A stretch of 64,000 nt of DNA from Monocercomonoides exilis PA203. Lineage: Eukaryota; Protista; Preaxostyla. The notes beneath the pieces were generated by a model. It did no database searches, was not told the DNA's origin, and worked only from the letters and a program-made list of their open reading frames with translations. The DNA lies in contig LSRY02000063.1 of the NCBI GenBank assembly GCA_001643675.2, forward strand, positions 369,379-433,378, read 5' to 3'. Made by a program: the position numbers and the translations under genes. Below are positions 60,508 to 64,000 of this stretch, piece after piece (position 1 is the stretch's first letter; every line of letters begins with the position of its first letter).

Positions 60508-63500
60508 TTCAAACTAGGTTAGGGTTAGGGTTCAAAACTAGGTTAGGGTTAGGGTTAGGGTTAGGGTTAGGGTTAGGGTTAGGGTTAGGTTAGGGTTAGG
60601 GTTAGGGTTAGGTTAGGTTAGGGTTAGGGTTAGGGTTAGGTTAGGTTAGGGTTAGGGTTAGGGTTAGGTTAGGTTAGGGTTAGGGTTAGGGTTAGGGTTA
60701 GGGTTAGGGTTAGGGTTAGGGTTAGGGTTAGGGTTAGGGTTAGGGTTAGGGTTAGGGTTAGGTTAGGTTAGGTTAGGGTTAGGGTTAGGGTTAGGTTAGG
60801 GTTAGGGTTAGGGTTAGGGTTAGGGTTAGGGTTAGGTTAGGGTTAGGGTTAGGGTTAGGGTTAGGGTTAGGGTTAGGGTTAGGGTTAGGTTAGGGTTAGG
60901 GTTAGGGTTAGGGTTAGGTTAGGGTTAGGTTAGGGTTAGGGTTAGGGTTAGGGTTCAAAACTAGGTTAGGGTTAGGGTTAGGGTTAGGGTTAGGGTTAGG
61001 GTTAGGGTTAGGGTTAGGGTTAGGGTTAGGGTTAGGGTTAGGTTAGGGTTAGGGTTAGGGTTAGGGTTAGGGTTAGGGTTAGGGTTAGGGTTAGGGTTAG
61101 GTTAGGGTTAGGGTTAGGGTTAGGGTTAGGGTTAGGGTTAGGGTTAGGGTTAGGGTTAGGGTTAGGGTTAGGGTTAGGGTTAGGTTAGGGTTAGGTTAGG
61201 GTTAGGGTTAGGTTAGGTTAGGGTTAGGTTAGGGTTAGGGTTAGGGTTAGGGTTAGGGTTAGGTTAGGTTAGGGTTAGGGTTAGGGTTAGGGTTAGGGTT
61301 AGGGTTAGGGTTAGGGTTAGGGTTAGGGTTAGGGTTAGGGTTAGGGTTAGGGTTAGGGTTAGGGTTCAAACTAGGTTAGGGTTAGGGTTAGGGTTAGGGT
61401 TAGGGTTAGGGTTAGGGTTAGGGTTAGGGTTAGGGTTAGGGTTAGGTTAGGGTTAGGGTTAGGGTTAGGGTTAGGGTTAGGGTTAGGGTTAGGGTTAGGT
61501 TAGGGTTAGGGTTAGGGTTAGGTTAGGGTTAGGGTTAGGGTTAGGGTTAGGGTTAGGGTTAGGGTTAGGGTTAGGGTTAGGGTTAGGGTTAGGGTTAGGG
61601 TTAGGGTTAGGGTTAGGGTTAGGGTTAGGGTTAGGGTTAGGGTTAGGGTTAGGGTTAGGGTTAGGGTTAGGGTTAGGGTTAGGGTTAGGGTTAGGGTTAG
61701 GGTTAGGGTTAGGGTTAGGGTTAGGTTAGGGTTAGGGTTAGGGTTAGGGTTAGGGTTAGGGTTAGGGTTAGGGTTAGGGTTAGGGTTAGGGTTAGGGTTA
61801 GGGTTAGGGTTAGGGTTAGGGTTAGGTTAGGGTTAGGGTTAGGGTTAGGGTTAGGTTAGGGTTAGGGTTAGGGTTAGGGTTAGGGTTAGGGTTAGGGTTA
61901 GGGTTAGGGTTAGGTTAGGGTTAGGGTTAGGGTTAGGTTAGGGTTAGGTTAGGGTTAGGGTTAGGGTTAGGGTTAGGGTTAGGGTTAGGGTTAGGGTTAG
62001 GGTTAGGGTTAGGTTAGGGTTAGGGTTAGGGTTAGGTTAGGGTTAGGTTAGGGTTAGGGTTAGGGTTAGGGTTCAGGGTTAGGGTTAGGGTTAGGGTTAG
62101 GGTTAGGGTTAGGTTAGGGTTAGGGTTAGGGTTAGGGTTAGGGTTAGGGTTGGGGTTAGGGTTAGGGTTAGGGTTAGGTTAGGGTTAGGTTAGGGTTAGG
62201 TTAGGGTTAGGGTTCAAACTAGGTTAGGGTTAGGGTTAGGGTTAGGGTTAGGGTTAGGGTTTAGGTTAGGTTAGGGTTAGGGTTAGGGTTAGGGTTAGGG
62301 TTAGGGTTAGGGTTAGGGTTAGGGTTAGGGTTAGGGTTAGGGTTAGGTTAGGTTAGGGTTAGGTTAGGGTTAGGGTTAGGGTTAGGGTTAGGGTTAGGGT
62401 TAGGGTTAGGGTTAGGGTTAGGGTTAGGGTTAGGGTTAGGGTTAGGGTTAGGGTTAGGGTTAGGGTTAGGGTTAGGTTAGGGTTCAAACTAGGTTAGGGT
62501 TAGGGTTAGGTTAGGGTTAGGGTTAGGGTTAGGGTTAGGTTAGGGTTAGGGTTAGGGTTAGGGTTAGGGTTAGGGTTAGGGTTAGGGTTAGGGTTAGGGT
62601 TAGGGTTAGGGTTAGGGTTAGGGTTCAAACTAGGTTAGGGTTAGGGTTAGGGTTAGGGTTAGGGTTAGGGTTAGGGTTAGGTTAGGTTAGGGTTAGGGTT
62701 AGGGTTAGGGTTAGGGTTAGGGTTAGGGTTCAAACTAGGTTAGGGTTAGGGTTAGGGTTAGGGTTAGGGTTAGGGTTAGGGTTAGGGTTAGGGTTAGGGT
62801 TAGGGTTAGGGTTAGGTTAGGTTAGGTTAGGGTTAGGGTTAGGGTTAGGTTAGGGTTAGGGTTAGGGTTAGGGTTAGGGTTAGGGTTAGGGTTAGGGTTA
62901 GGGTTAGGGTTAGGTTAGGGTTAGGTTAGGGTTAGGGTTAGGGTTAGGGTTAGGGTTAGGGTTAGGGTTAGGGTTAGGGTTAGGGTTAGGGTTAGGGTTA
63001 GGGTTAGGGTTAGGGTTAGGGTTAGGGTTAGGGTTAGGGTTAGGGTTAGGGTTAGGGTTAGGGTTAGGGTTAGGTTAGGGTTAGGGTTAGGGTTAGGGTT
63101 AGGTTAGGTTAGGGTTAGGGTTAGGGTTAGGGTTAGGGTTAGGGTTAGGGTTAGGGTTAGGGTTAGGGTTAGGGTTAGGGTTAGGGTTAGGGTTAGGGTT
63201 AGGGTTAGGGTTAGGGTTAGGGTTAGGGTTAGGGTTAGGTTAGGGTTAGGGTTAGGGTTAGGGTTAGGGTTAGGGTTAGGTTAGGGTTAGGGTTAGGGTT
63301 AGGGTTAGGTTAGGGTTAGGGTTAGGTTAGGGTTAGGTTAGGGTTAGGGTTAGGTTAGGGTTAGGGTTAGGGTTAGGGTTAGGGTTAGGGTTAGGGTTAG
63401 GGTTAGGGTTAGGGTTAGGGTTAGGGTTAGGGTTAGGGTTAGGGTTAGGGTTAGGTTAGGGTTAGGGGTTAGGGTTAGGGTTAGGGTTAGGGTTAGGTTA

Positions 63501-64000
63501 GGTTAGGGTTAGGGTTAGGGTTAGGGTTAGGTTAGGGTTAGGGTTAGGGTTAGGGTTAGGTTAGGGTTAGGGTTAGGGTTAGGGTTAGGTTAGGGTTAGG
63601 GTTAGGGTTAGGGTTAGGGTTAGGGTTAGGGTTAGAAGGGTTAGGGTTAGGGTTAGGGTTAGGTTAGGGTTAGGGTTAGGGTTAGGGTTAGGGTTGGAAG
63701 GGTTAGGGTTAGGGTTAGGGTTAGGGTTAGGGTTAGGGTTAGGGGTTAGGGTTAGGGTTAGGGTTAGGGTTAGGGTTAGGGTTAGGGTTAGGTTAGGGTT
63801 AGGGTTAGGGTTAGGTTAGGTTAGGGTTAGGTTAGGGTTAGGGGTTAGGGTTAGGGTTAGGGTTAGGGTTAGGGGGTTAGGTTAGGGTTAGGGTTAGGTT
63901 AGGGTTAGGGTTAGGGTTAGGGTTAGGGTGGGTTAGGGTTAGGGTTAGGTTAGGTTAGGGTTGGGTTAGGACAGGGTTAGGTTGGGGTTAGGGTTAGGGA
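60508..64000 (+). repeat. telomere: (TTAGGG)n with TTAGG variants and 8 TTCAAA(A)CTAGG inserts
   Basis: About 3.5 kb of G-strand repeats running to the end of the window in telomeric polarity. Confidence 0.98.

Noticed and set aside
60508-64000. TTAGG 5-mers as a genuine second telomere repeat
   Set aside because: Could be real, but cannot be distinguished from G-homopolymer undercalling without accurate reads.

Overview
AT-rich eukaryotic chromosome end. Intron style, gene families and TTAGGG telomere resemble the oxymonad Monocercomonoides; this is recognition only and unverified. Bases 1-43.5 kb are decaying subtelomeric DNA: pogo/DDE_1 transposase relics, a Sola2-like transposase, pseudogenes of expanded host families, a TM-anchored surface protein gene and long GAA/TCT/ACT microsatellites. 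The main result is at 43.8-60.5 kb, an endogenous CRESS (circular Rep-encoding ssDNA) virus locus. It holds about 4.56 head-to-tail, near-identical ~3.33-kb genomes (Rep on +, Cap and an extra ORF3 on -, stem-loop origin with TAGTATTAC). On the left it is fused at the origin to an older, divergent, partly pseudogenised relative. On the right it is cut mid-capsid and joined directly to the telomere (60508-64000). In every copy Rep is split by a ~449-bp Tc1/pogo-type MITE (23-bp TIRs, TA duplication) between HUH motifs I and II. Removing it restores a 314-aa Rep and a ~2.88-kb genome. The telomere carries a recurring non-canonical insert, TTCAAA(A)CTAGG, which is also the first sequence at the virus-telomere junction.
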